A DNA stretch of 64,000 nt from the human T2T-CHM13v2.0 reference genome, Homo sapiens. The notes beneath the pieces were generated by a model. The model saw only the letters and a list, made by a program, of their open reading frames with translations, searched no databases and was not told the origin of the DNA. The translations under genes were made by a program, and so were the position numbers. Position 1 is the first letter of the stretch. Each line of letters opens with the position of its first letter. The DNA lies in NCBI RefSeq assembly GCF_009914755.1, contig NC_060926.1, one strand, 5' to 3'. This document shows, in pieces, positions 17,451-29,760 of the stretch.

Positions 17451-18559
17451 CATTTCATAGATGACCTGGGGCAGGCTAGTTATGGACAGGTTCCAGCAGA
17501 TTCCAGCCAGTAGACTTTCTAGTACTCCAGGCAGCGTTTTGCTACACATCACAGAAGCAGCTGCAATGACTGTTGAGGCTGCTCGGCTGGCAGAAATGGA
17601 AGGAAAAAGAAAAGGAAGCAGCTGACCAAATGTTCCTTCTGACTGACCATGGAACTGCGAGCTCTCAGTTGTCTGCCAGCTTCCGGCTGACCAACAGAGA
17701 GAAGCATGTCCACCATGAGAGAGTAGCAGCCACCACACAGTCCCTCTACATTCGTTCATCCTGACTCCAACCAAGCCAACACACACAACGCAGTAGGATC
17801 TTCCCTGCACACCTTCTCAGTGCCTTAACTTGCCACCACAATCACACCCGCAGCTGCCTTCCTTCCTGATAGACAAGGTGCTTGCCCATGAGCACTTCAT
17901 CAGTGATTAAACTCTGCTCAGACATGTTTTGACCACAGCTGCGCGTGCAGTCCACGTGCAGTAAGGCCTGCTGTGTGATCTGTGAGCCCCCATTTTTAGC
18001 AGCCAGGTAGGAGGCTTCCTGAGGGTCACTCAACAGTCCTTGGGTAGAAGCCACGGCAGGTGCAGACAACCGGACAGCTTCCGTGTTTAAGGATATCAAC
18101 ACTTAACACAGGGAGGCAGGCGGACTAACTTGCACCTGCACCTCCAGAAGGCAATGGAAAGAAAACAATTCCACAGGGATGACAGCTTCCAGCCCTTGAC
18201 CTGGTGCTAAAAACAGGGGCCAGGAAGCCCAGCACAGCACTTTTCCCTACTCCCCAACACACCCCTGCCTACTCTCCAGATCAGGACAATTCAGGCCTGA
18301 GTGTGACCCGAATTTGAGCTCTCAAATCCAAAGAGCTCCCAGAAACCTCAATCACAGCGCCAAAACCATTCCATACCAGGGATGGAGGTGCAAGTCCTTC
18401 CTGGCCCTTCTCCCCGGAAAACCCAAATCAAGGACGAGGTCTCTCAGGTCTTCCCTTGCCCTAAACACACACGCACTCCTCACACACAACATACACACTT
18501 GACCCCACACCCGTGCACACTTCATCCCACACACACGTGAACACTTATTTGCTCACCCC

Positions 18560-19510
18560 AGCAGGCTAGCCGGCCCCCACAAGGGACAGCTACCAAGTCG
18601 CACACCCGCACACCTGCCCCCAAGTGTATAGCCACTTGCTCCCCCCACCCCGCGTTCCAGCCCCCACTACACCTGCCCCAGCGCACACGCACGGGCTCGC
18701 CCTCCACCCCGCCCCGCCGCCTACCCCCCACTCCTGCTCCCCGCCCTCCTGCCCCACGCGCCCCGCGCCCTGAGCCCCGCACCCCGCGCCCCGCCGCCCT
18801 CCTCACTCACCGGCGCCGGCGCCCGCCGTCCCGCGCCGCCCCGCGGCCTGGGGCCCCGCCGCCCCGCTCCGGCCCGCGGCTCCTGGGCTGGTCCGACCCC
18901 GCAGCCGCCGCTTCCCGTCACGTGGGGCGGCCGCCAGGCGCTGGCGGAGGGCGGGAGCGCAGCCGTCTCCGCGCCGCCCGCCGGCCCGCGGGCCCTGCCG
19001 CCTGGCTCCGAGCACAGGCCGAGACGGGCCCTGCTCCGGGCCTCGGCGTCCCCCTCCGTGCACCGGGGCCACGACACGGCCCGCCTCGCGGGGCGGCCAG
19101 CGGGCGGAAGGTGTTCATTCGGGGGGCGCTGAGGCCGCCGGCCCCGGGCGAGAGCGTGGTCCGCGCCAGCTGTGCGAGCCCGCGGGGCTGAGGTCTCTTC
19201 TCCGCCCCCGCCGCTGCGGGGAGCTTCAGGGAAGCCGGGCTTTGCCTGGCTCGCTCGCCACCCAGTTTCTGTCACCTACACAGGAGGAGGGCGCCCGGGA
19301 AATACCTGCTGCGTGAATGAATAAATGAATGAAATGCTTGGGCCCTGGGAAATGCTTGGGCCCGCGGCCGCCTGACCACGCGGGCTGGAGGATCGGACGT
19401 ACCGCCGGTGCCCCACCAGGAGACGAAGGCATGGTTGGGATGCGCAGCCCTCCCACGAGGCCCATAGCGCCCCAGGGCCCTAGGGATTGACCGGGACCCC
19501 CGACTGGCAG
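18560..19510 (-). promoter_or_regulatory. TGFBRAP1: CpG-island promoter of the minus-strand gene (TGFBRAP1)
   Basis: Very high GC and CpG density, GC boxes, E-box GTCACGTG at 18917-18924; gene name inferred from known order TGFBRAP1 - C2orf49 - FHL2. Confidence 0.8.
18811..18920 (-). other. TGFBRAP1: Non-coding first exon (5' UTR) of TGFBRAP1; 5' boundary approximate; intron 1 spans 1-18810
   Basis: Consensus donor CCG|GTGAGT (plus-strand ACTCAC at 18805-18810) at the edge of the CpG island, followed by G-rich intron sequence; no coding exon in the window, so identity rests on synteny. Confidence 0.75.
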
Positions 19511-21297
19511 AGTCCACCTGCTTGATACACTTATTTGAGAAGGGAGGCCTGGGACTATCTTACTCCTTTTAGGAAAACCCAACTGTAGCTGCTGTTCCTT
19601 TGGTTCAGGCCGCAAGGAAGAATTGTAGGTTACCATGAATCCATGAACCCCTCTTTAGTATACAAAGTCCACTTTCATGACGGAAGAATTGGAAAGCTCC
19701 CTCCAGAGTTGTCAGTACTCAATTATTAGCATATAAAAAGTCAAATTTTCCCAGGGATTTTCAGACTTTAGAACCTGCTAGTGACCTGTGGCCTCAGCTT
19801 TCTTCCAGCCACTCTGAGTATTGTAAAACAAAGATATTATCCCAACCCTGAAGGCAGATACCAGATTGTACGCCATGGTCTTCTGTTTCAAAGGGATAAA
19901 AAAAGAAAGAAAAGAAACTGGCCAAAAAAAAAAAAAAAAAAAAAACCCAACAATCTTCCTGTGACTTGCCCTCTACCCCTACCCTAGTGTGACTCATGGC
20001 CACATAAATGCCCCATCCCCAGTGGTGCTTCAGCTCTGACCCAGTGGAACCAGTGTCACCGGCTCAGCCTCCAGGTAGGGGACTGGCTTCCCAGGAGTGT
20101 AAAGCTCTGACCAGCAATTGAGCTTCAAGGGCAAGCAGCAGTGAATGGACCTTCAAGTCTAAGGTGGCCAACAGCTAGTGGAGCCAGGGATTGGGAAGGT
20201 ACAAGAGCAAATCCAGTCTCTTCATTTTACCCAGGCTCACAGAGACTATGTGACTTGTCATCAACTAATCACTGGCTCAGGTGGTCCTAGAATTCACCCT
20301 TGTGCTTTTGTATCTTAGTCCTCTACCAGATCACATCACAGAGAGCTGCACAAGACTAGTTACAGAGGTGATATCTACTGACTGCCAGACAGTGACTTCA
20401 GAAACTGCTAGTGACTGAGCAATGAAGTAGACGCTATTAATTTACTTAATAGCGTCAAAGAATAAATTTAATTCTTTGAGGCAAAGAAAGGTGAATGACT
20501 TCCTGTGTTAATTCACTTAGGAAAATATAAATAAAAAAATTTAAAAAGGTGACTTGTCCCAAACCCCATGCTAGTAAGAAAGAGCAACAATAAGAATCCA
20601 GAATTCAGCAACAGTAATTCTTTTTATATAAAGTTGTTTTGAATGAATAGTTTATGAACAATCTTTGTGTTCTACTTTAGATGATCCAGGAGTGAAAATG
20701 TATAACAAGAGATAATTCAGATATATTTATTTTATGAAAGGATTTATTACAGGATTCTTACAATGGCAAGCTCCATATTATTCCATCTAGAAACATCTGT
20801 TCCTTCTGAAACTTGATGAGAAGTCTGTGTCACAAATGACAGGCACCTCCATGTAAATGCCTGTACCATAAATGTGCAAATATATGCACAGGCCAAATTC
20901 CTTATGTTGTTTCTATTGGTTACATTTAAGAAGAAATATCAACCATATGGCTTTCAAAACAATTATTAACTTCATTTTTAAATATTTATTAAATATTCCT
21001 TGGGCCCATACCGAGCGTTACTTTACAGAATGTGAAAAAGATGTGCTCCGATGAGAACAATTAATGAAGACTGAGTTGCATCGATATAACTGAATATTTT
21101 CATAGTTGCTGTCTACTCTCAAAACTTAGTATTTTTATGCTTACACATACTCTGTGCTTCTCACTTTCTCGCTGGGTATACGCTTGGGAGGGCAAGGATT
21201 GTGTCTATGCTCTCTGCTGTATCTTTCTGCATGTAGAAAACACTCAACCAATTTTTAAAAATTCTTGATGCTCAATATTGAAATATTAACTAGATTA

Positions 21298-21593
21298 CTT
21301 TTTTTTTTTTTTTTTAGACAGTCTCTTTTGCCCAGGCTGGTGTGCAGTGGTACAATCTTCTCAGCTCACTGCAACCTCTACCTCCCAGGTTCAAGCAATT
21401 CTCCTGCCTCAGCCTCCTAAGTATCTGCGACTACAGGCATGCACCACCACGCAGGGCTAATTTTTGTATTTTTAGTAGAGACAGGGTTTTACCATATTGA
21501 ACAGGTTGGTCTTGAACTCCTGACCTCAAGTGATCCACCCACCTCGGCTTCCCAAGGTGCTGGGATTACAGGCATGAGCAACCACATCCAGCC
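21298..21593 (-). mobile_element. Full-length Alu, antisense
   Basis: Poly-T plus reverse-complement Alu. Confidence 0.93.
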
Positions 21594-21944
21594 TTTAGTA
21601 CTAAGATTCCATTATTCTAATATATAAGCTATTTAAGAGCACACATGTAGGATGGTTGGTGTCATTTTAGAATATAAGCAAAGAAAGGTTACATTTTTTA
21701 TTTTTTTTAAAGCAACAGCTTACTATGTGCCATGTTTTAAGAGCTTTTACATGTAATAGCTCATTTAATCACATATACACACACATTCATATACTTGTAA
21801 TCTAGCTTCAGTAAAATAAACTTTTTTGAACTATTGTTCAATCAACTACTTCTTTAGCAGCTCCTATGTGCCAGGTACTATGCCAGAGGCTTCAGCAGAT
21901 ACTGAAATGAGGAAGACAGTCTCTACCCTCAAGAGTTTAATGTG

Positions 21945-22131
21945 CAATGGTTTATAAGGTAGAGTTGGTAGCCAGCAGTATCAACATCACCTCTGGACTT
22001 GTTAGAAATGCAAATTTTGGTGTCCCCATCCCAAACCTCCTAAATCAGAAACTCTGGGGTTAGGACCCAGCAAACTATTTTTACAACCCCTCCAGAGGAT
22101 TCTAATGGGCACACAATTTTGAGGACCACTG
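21945..22131. mobile_element. MER5-type hAT (Charlie) MITE
   Basis: CATCACC...CTTGTTAGAAATGCAAATT...AATCAGAAACTCTGGGG...TTTGAGGACCACTG. Confidence 0.8.
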
Positions 22132-22343
22132 GATTAGTGTGGTATGTGCAAGAAAAACCCACCTAACGAGATCATAAGGCAAAAAATAATGTGCTCTAGA
22201 AGTTTGGTGATAATGGAGCTCAGTTGGGAAGTATCTGAGGATGGGGAAAGGTTCATTCATCTGTATTCATTCAGCACACACTTACTGTTCTTGTGCTGTT
22301 GTAGCAGGCACTGAGAACCCAAAGATGAAAGGTAACCTATGAG

Positions 22344-22693
22344 TGCTGTCATCATCTGAATGTGTACCTCCAAAATTTGTATGTTGAAACCTAATCCTCA
22401 AGGTGATGGTATTTGGAAGTGGGGCCTCTAGGAGGTAATTCTATCATAAGTGTGGAAACTTCATGAATTATTGCCCTTATAAAAGAAGCCTAAGAGAGCC
22501 TGTTGCCCCATCCACCATGTGAGGACACAACGAGAAGGTGCCATCTCTGATGAATGGATCTTCACTACACACAATCTGCCAGCACCTTGATCTTGGACTT
22601 CCCAGCCTCCAGAATTGAGAGAAATGCATTCTGTTGTTTATAAACTACTCAGTGTATGGTATTTTGTTATAACAACTTGAAATGACTAAGACA
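22344..22693 (+). mobile_element. MaLR solo LTR (MLT1A-type)
   Basis: CCAAAATTTGTATGTTGAAACCTAATC...CTTGGACTTCCCAGCCTCCAGAA...GACTAAGACA. Confidence 0.8.
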
Positions 22694-22735
22694 ATGGATT
22701 TAAAAGCAAGCTAGTAGTTTAACTGTTCTAAATAG

Positions 22736-23126
<391 letters not shown>

Positions 23127-23628
23127 TGTTCAAGTATATTTTTGATACAATATTTTGATACAATATTTATAACATATTTATAACATATCTTAACTATTAC
23201 ATTATCAACAAGAATCAACACCAAGAGTCCTCAGTATATATTTTGTTCATCATGCATTCATTCCACAAACATTTACTGAGCACTTACTAAGTACAAGCAC
23301 TGTGCAGGCTAATGGCTAAGTGAGGGATTCTAAGAAAATGTACGGACCCTGTCCCAGAGGAATTCACAATCTAGTGAGGTGACAATGCCAGGCATTGCAG
23401 TGTTTGTTGGTTCCCCACAGCTTTGTTCTTGTCAACTATAGTCACCAAATAAAAATGTTAGTGAATAAAACCTCAGGATCTTTGAGTGAAGCAACAATCC
23501 TTATAGTTAGCTTAAAATGTTGAGTGCGTTATGGTTACAGATGATAGTGTAGCGGGAGTAACCTTAGGCCTGCAAACTCAAATGTGTAACAAAGATAATT
23601 TTTTTTTCTGTAACTGAAATGTATTTCT

Positions 23629-23757
23629 ATTTGAAGCCTCCATTTACCTGCAGTGACAATAATCTTATCAACAGGAGGCCCTCCTCCTTTCTTTCAATTT
23701 GAAACCTCCATTTATCTGCAGTGATATTCTTATCAACGGGAGGCCCGGCCCTTTCTC
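23629..23757. repeat. Two-copy diverged tandem duplication, period 68 bp
   Basis: ATTTGAAGCCTCCATTTACCTGCAGTGACAATAATCTTATCAACAGGAGGCCC vs ATTTGAAACCTCCATTTATCTGCAGTGATATTCTTATCAACGGGAGGCCC. Confidence 0.85.
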
Positions 23758-25500
23758 CAGGGCTTTGTCAAGATTGGGGAGACTTCTGAAGTGCCAAGAT
23801 GAGAAGAGAGAGACCTTAGGTCCTTGTGTCACTGGTCCCCACACAAGTTCAGAGATGTTCTTTGTCCACTGTAGTGTTGGTTTTCAGTCTTTTGGTTTCA
23901 GGCTTGAGGGTTAGAGATGTCTGTGACTTCAATTCCCATGTGGTATGGCAGAATTCTCTGTGAGGCAGCCCTTCTGCCTGGACATACTTGAAGCATCACC
24001 TCAGAACTTGTTAGAAATGCAAATTATAAGGCCTCCCCATCAACCTCCTAAATCAGAAAGTCAGCAGACTGCAAATTCTCCAATGTTCCATGCTACAAAT
24101 GTTCTGCCCAGGAAGGAGTGGGCAGGCATCACCACTCTCTCCTTCCCTTGGAGAAGAGACGGTATGTGAATCTCATTCTAGTTCCTCCTCTCTTAATCTT
24201 GATTTTTTTTCCTCAGATGACAATCCTTCCATCTCAAGAGTTCTGCTTCAGAGTCACCTAGAATAATATTAATAGAATTAGTTATAAGCAAGGAAGTACT
24301 CTTAGTTTTAAACTGGGAAGTACTGGAAGAAAAAAAAGACATCTTACCTGCCACAAAACATTTTTGCAGATGAAGTTTAAGGCTTCAGGTTAGGCGATGG
24401 GTTCAGAAAACCACAGAGAGGAAAAGCATAGCAAGAACCTGTAACCACTTTTTCAGACTATTAAACTCAAGGTTCTTCCCACTTATGCCATCATCCTGCC
24501 ACTTTTTTCCTTTGATGACAATCAATAGGATACAAGAACTCTCCAAGGAGAGCCCACAGAGGAGGCATTTTACACACTTGAGCTCCAATCCTCACAACAC
24601 TGTGAGATGGCTTATAATTTCCATCTCAGAAGTGAGGAAGCTACAGCTAAAGAGAGAATGTATGTCCTAGGTGAGTAAAGAAGCCAAGGTTATAATACAA
24701 CTGAGCTACTCCAAAGCCTGCCCTTTTCTCTAAACTGCCTTCTATGACCCATAACTTTGTAAAAATCAGCTACCAGTTCTTAAACACTTACTGTGTCAAG
24801 TGTGTTTATAATCTCCATAATCTCCACTCCTTTGATCATTCTTCACAGAAAGTGCTAACACAGCATTTTCCTGATGAGGGGACTGAGGCTGAGAAACTAA
24901 CTCACCCAAGGTTTTGGTGCAACAAGAGTAAAACTTGAAATGAAGTCAGGTTTCTAGCCCCGGATTCTCCCAAGGTAGCTGCTTTTGATACTAAAACAAT
25001 GTGCCTCCCGGTGAAGGAAATGGGGATAATACTAATCACACTTATTTCTCTATTGTAATGAAAATCAAATCAGATTTGAGAGATATGGAATATGATGATG
25101 TTAATACTATGACGCTAATACATTTAACTCCAATTTAAGACATTCAGATGCCTGCCTCAGCTCAGATTTAAGACTATTCAATTTTGGGCAAGTCATTTAA
25201 TCTCTTTCTGATCAGCTTTCTTGGCACTAACATGAAAGAACTGGACTAACTTTTAAGTTTCCTCCCAGCTCTGAAATTCAGTTTCTAGACATAAAGTATT
25301 ACATACATAAATGAGTAAGAAAAATTGGGAAACACTTCTCAGCTTTATCTTTTTGAGGAGCTCACTTCTAGTACTCTTTCACGGTTTATCTTTTGGCATC
25401 TTCAGAGTTCTTCATATTTTTGTAGACAATGCAATAATTTCCAATAAAATGATACCTCATAGAGGATGCATACAATAAACATTCAGAACATACCTGCAAG

Positions 25501-25800
25501 TTTTATTTTTTATTTATTTTTTCAGACATGGTCCCATTCTGCCGCTCAGGCTGAAGTGCAGTGTGGTAATCCTAACTGCAGGCTGGAATTGCTGGGCGCC
25601 AGTGATCCTACCACCTCAGCCTCCCGAGTAGCTAGTACTACAGAGACACTACCATGCCTGGTTAATTTTTTTTTTATTTTTTGTAGATACGGGGTCTTAC
25701 TATGTGGCCCAGGCTGGCCTGGAACTCCTGGACTCAAGCAATCCTCCCACCTGAGCCTCCCAAAACGCCGTGATTACAGGCATAAGCCACCACACCCAAG
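25501..25800 (-). mobile_element. Diverged Alu (AluJ-like), antisense
   Basis: Reverse-complement dimeric Alu with many substitutions. Confidence 0.88.
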
Positions 25801-25989
25801 TTTAAGTTTTAAATGTGCAAAATATTTAGGGATATGTATCTCTCCCATGAATGATGAAAGAGAAGCAGAAAATATTTCTTAGTAAGTGAATTACTGGGAA
25901 TTAAGACTATGATTGATACCTACAGCAATTTAAAAAGTTACTTCATTGTACCTATTAATACATGCAGAAAAAAATGTACTTGGATTTTA

Positions 25990-26160
25990 TGCTTGCTACT
26001 TCCTCGCTCTTGAGTAAATTATCCTTTCTATGCATCAGTTTCCTCATCTGAAAAATAGGCATTCTAGTAATATATACCTCATTAGGCTGTTCTGAGGAAT
26101 GTGATAATACACGTAAAATGCAGTCCCTGGCACACTGTAAATGTCTAACAAACGTTTGGC
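25990..26160 (+). mobile_element. MIR fragment
   Basis: CAGTTTCCTCATCTGAAAAATAGG...TACCTCAT...CCTGGCACACTGTAAATG. Confidence 0.75.
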
Positions 26161-26399
26161 GGCTATTACTGGCGTTTCCCAGCCCGTTATTATTTTTTAC
26201 ATGTGAGCAAGTTAATTCAGAGGATTACTTCAAGAAACAAATACTTGAATACCTATCTGTCCAAGCAGCCGGGGTTACAGGGAATTCACTACATAAAGCC
26301 TCTGGTCTTACATTATATAGAAAGGCGATGAAGAGACAAGAAACAGGTTAAACAGAAAAACACGATAATTTCACACACAACCACTGCCATATTTAAAGC

Positions 26400-27070
26400 A
26401 CTGTACACCGGCCCTCGGAGCCAGAATTCTTTCCCTCGAGGTTGCCCCAGGAATCCCTTTGACCTCTGCCATTGGACGTCACAGAAGGCGCGACTAATCG
26501 TGGCTGGCTCCCGGAGCTTCACTCTTCCCTCTCTTCCTGCGAAACTTGACACGCCATTTGTTTCTACGTCTGACATCCTCCTCTTTTCTCTGGTCCGTGG
26601 GAGCTTTTGCAAGCGGGACCAGGCCCCAACACCCGAACCACCAGCGAGAGAAGGAGCCCGGCATGCGGCGCACTCAGAGTGACGACACACGCGAGTCTCC
26701 GCCCGAGTACGTCACTTCCGCAACGCTTCCTTCGCGGGGCTTTGTGGGTAGCCGACTGGGGTCTCCTGGCGACGACCATGGCGGGGGATGTGGGCGGTCG
26801 CAGCTGCACGGACTCGGAACTGCTGCTGCACCCGGAGCTGCTGTCCCAGGAGTTCCTTCTCCTCACTCTGGAACAGGTTGGGCGCGCCGGATCGGAGGGT
26901 GGGCGGGTGGGCCTTCCCAGGTGAGGCGCTTGCACCCGAGCTTGCCTTAAGTAGCCCTCGGCAACCACGGACACTCCCGCCGGGTTTGTGTCACTCTCCA
27001 CCCACACAGACCAGGCAGCTGTCTCCTCGCTCCTGCTCCTCGCCCCCTCTCCAAAAATGAGACGTCCGTA
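26400..27070 (+). promoter_or_regulatory. C2orf49: CpG-island promoter of C2orf49
   Basis: CpG-rich; ATTGG plus GACGTCA at ~26471-26481; ACGTCACTTCCG (CRE half-site overlapping an ETS site) at 26709-26720; strong Kozak GACCATGG. Confidence 0.85.
26778..26876 (+). CDS. C2orf49: Ashwin (tRNA-ligase/RTCB complex subunit), coding exon 1
   Basis: ATG 26778; [33 protein letters not shown] (33 codons); donor CAG|GTTGGG, phase 0. Confidence 0.95.
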
Positions 27071-27597
27071 GAATATCAGGAATGCTTGGGAAATAGGGCT
27101 TATCTATCTGAGTCCCGATGGCTTGTAAAGAGGAGTCCCAGGCGACACCCCCTGCCTGTGTGTAAGCCCCGACCTGAGGAAGAAAGAAGCGTGGAATAGA
27201 CATGGAATGTAGAAATCATGGACTGTCAGGACTGGAAAGCATCTGAGAAACCGTCCATTCCACACCTTCTAATCGTTTAAAGATGATAAAAACAGTTCCA
27301 GAGAGATGAAGTGACTTGTTTAAGGTCACAACATCTGTAAATGGTACTTCCGGGAGGAGAATTCAGGGCTCCTGGCTCTCCATGTAGTGCGTGCTCTTTT
27401 CCAGCTGGTGTGGCCTCTGATAATAGGAGAAAAGTGAGAAAGGAAAAAAGTGATGTTTTAAGTGATAGAGAATTACTGGAAGTTTCCTTGGGGTTTATGT
27501 AGCGTATTTTGTTGTTTTTCATATGGCTTTCCCTATCTTTGTTGAATTTCAGGTCCTCTTGCCACGTAGAGCTTAATTATGTCAGTAAGTTTTTACC

Positions 27598-27769
27598 TGT
27601 GGTTCTCAAACTTTTTAGGTACTTAAGAATGAGTCGAGGGACTTGCTAAAACACAGATTGTTGGGCTCCGTCCTCAGTTTCTCGTTCAGTAGTTCCGGAA
27701 TGTGGCCCGAAATCTTGCATTTTTAACGAGCTTGTTGCTGGCCCAGAAAGCATGCTTTGACCACCACTG
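27598..27769. mobile_element. MER5A-type MITE
   Basis: GTGGTTCTCAAACTT...CTTGCTAAAACACAGATTG...CTTTGACCACCACTG. Confidence 0.8.
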
Positions 27770-28762
27770 TCCTAAGGCAATACTTTCCAAAGTAATGGGC
27801 TTATGAATTCTCTGGGAACGTTGTCCAAGAGAATCCTGGTAGTTTCCCCTACTTCTGAGCGAGTACGGGCTAAAAATAGATGAGTCTAATATACGAAAGA
27901 GAAGTAAAATGTGCTTTTATTAGTTTTTGTTAGAGGATATAGGCTTGTCGGTGGTACTAAACACAAATGTTTTCAAGCCTTTCTGAGTTGAAATTGAAGA
28001 GCCTGTGATCTCATTTCCATTCTCATTTCTCCTTCTTAAATCCAAACTCTGTCTTCATGACTACTCCTGTGCTTATGCTATGTTTTTCATGATGTCAAGA
28101 ACAAATTGGAAAATGAGGAAGAATTTGGTGATTTAGATAGAGATGGTTGGACAATGACTGGAAGCTTACTTGAAAGGACCAGTGAAAATGGGGTGCAGGC
28201 TTTTCTAATGATGTACTGCTACTGTCGTCAGTACGGGAATAACAGTTTCTATTTGTGGTATTATTTGAAATCTTGGTAGTTAACTTCAATTTAGGAAGCA
28301 CCAGATTAGAGAAGCACGAGAAATATAAGACAGACTGAGACCTTCATCCCACTAATCTGATCATGATAGTAACACTCAAGGTAGCTTATTGACAGAATGT
28401 GGTGATTGTTAATCATTGTTAGCTTTCTTTTGTCAACAGGCAGTCTCCCATTTTCAATCCCCTTTGTATATTAAGATAATTTTACTGGAAATGATCTTTC
28501 ATGCTTGGTGTGTTGGCTGAGCAGTTGTGGACAGCAATCCCTGTCACACTGAGAAAATATGACCATTGTTTTTAAGATGAGGCTGAACCTAGTATCTACA
28601 GAATTTAACCTTTAACACTGTCTCTAAGTGCGCGTGTTATTGTGAAAATGGCTTTTTATAATTTGTTATTTAAGCAGTAATGTTTTACCATGTTAGGTAA
28701 GGTGGTTACTTGTTAAAATTAAAAACATTGTTTTGAAATTACTTTTGTTTCCTTTCCCGCAG

Positions 28763-28929
28763 AAGAACATAGCTGTTGAAACTGATGTAAGAGTAAACAA
28801 AGACAGTCTTACTGACCTTTATGTCCAACATGCAATACCATTGCCTCAGAGGGATTTGCCGAAGAATAGATGGGGGAAAATGATGGAAAAGAAAAGAGAA
28901 CAACATGAGATTAAAAATGAGACTAAAAG
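28763..28929 (+). CDS. C2orf49: Ashwin coding exon 2
   Basis: Acceptor TTTCCTTTCCCGCAG|; KNIAVETD...[21 protein letters not shown]...NETK(R); 167 nt; donor AG|GTACTT, phase 2. Confidence 0.95.
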
Positions 28930-29019
28930 GTACTTTTTGGTGGTTCTAGCTTTCAATTTATCTTATATAACTAAAGTTATATATAAGTTATTGATTTTTC
29001 CTGAGATAAACTTAAGTAA

Positions 29020-29760
29020 AAAATTTATTTACTCAATGACTATCTATTGAGCACCAGGCACTGTGCGTATAGCAGTGAATAAAACTGACAAAATTCCCTG
29101 CTCATATTTTTGATGGGAGAAACATAACAACAGTTAAAATATGGTATTGTTATATAGTAATAAAGGCCAGGGAGAAAGATTACAATTTTTGGTAAATTAT
29201 CCAGGAAGATCTTAGTGAAAAATGACATTTTAGTAGAGAGACCTGTAGGAAGAAGAAAACAAGCTAGGATTCCAGGCAGAATACAAGAGGCTGGATCTGG
29301 AATGTGCCCATCATATACCAGGAACAACAAAGCAGCTATCAGGGCTGGATGGAGAAGTAGGAAGAACGAGTTGTACTGGGGGCAAACGGGAGAGATTGTC
29401 AGATCATGTAAAGCTTTGTAAGTCATTGTAAGGACTTTGGCTGTACTCAGATGAGAAGCCACTAGAAGGTTTTAAGCAGAGTGGTGACATCATTAGATGT
29501 ACATTTTGACAAGATGACTCTGGCTGCTGTCCTAAGAAGTGATTTAAGGTGTGTGGGGAGGGGAAGCGGTGTGTATAAGACTGGAAGCAGGGAAACAAAT
29601 TAGAAGCCTGTACTGTAATCCAGGCAATAGATGGCAGCAGCTTTGACTACAATAGTAAATTTGGTGGGTTGGAGCATGCATGTATTTTGAAGATAGAGCC
29701 AATAGGATTTCCTGAATTTTGAGGAAAAAGTCAAGTCAGGTAAAACTCTAAGGTCTTTGA
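29020..29760 (-). mobile_element. L2 LINE fragment
   Basis: TATTGAGCACCAGGCACTGTG...; GTAAGGACTTTGGCT...GAGAAGCCACTAGAAGGTTTTAAGCAG typical of antisense L2. Confidence 0.75.

Noticed and set aside
18522-19636. Several overlapping Gly/Arg/Ala/Pro-rich ORFs up to 184 aa
   Set aside because: Stop-codon scarcity in a CpG island; no recognisable domain
19898-19945. Long poly(A) tract as a possible processed-pseudogene tail
   Set aside because: No recognisable mRNA or SINE body upstream and no TSD
26663-26950. Upstream ATG at 26663 as an N-terminal extension of Ashwin
   Set aside because: It is 115 nt upstream of the main ATG, so out of frame, and probably upstream of the main start site
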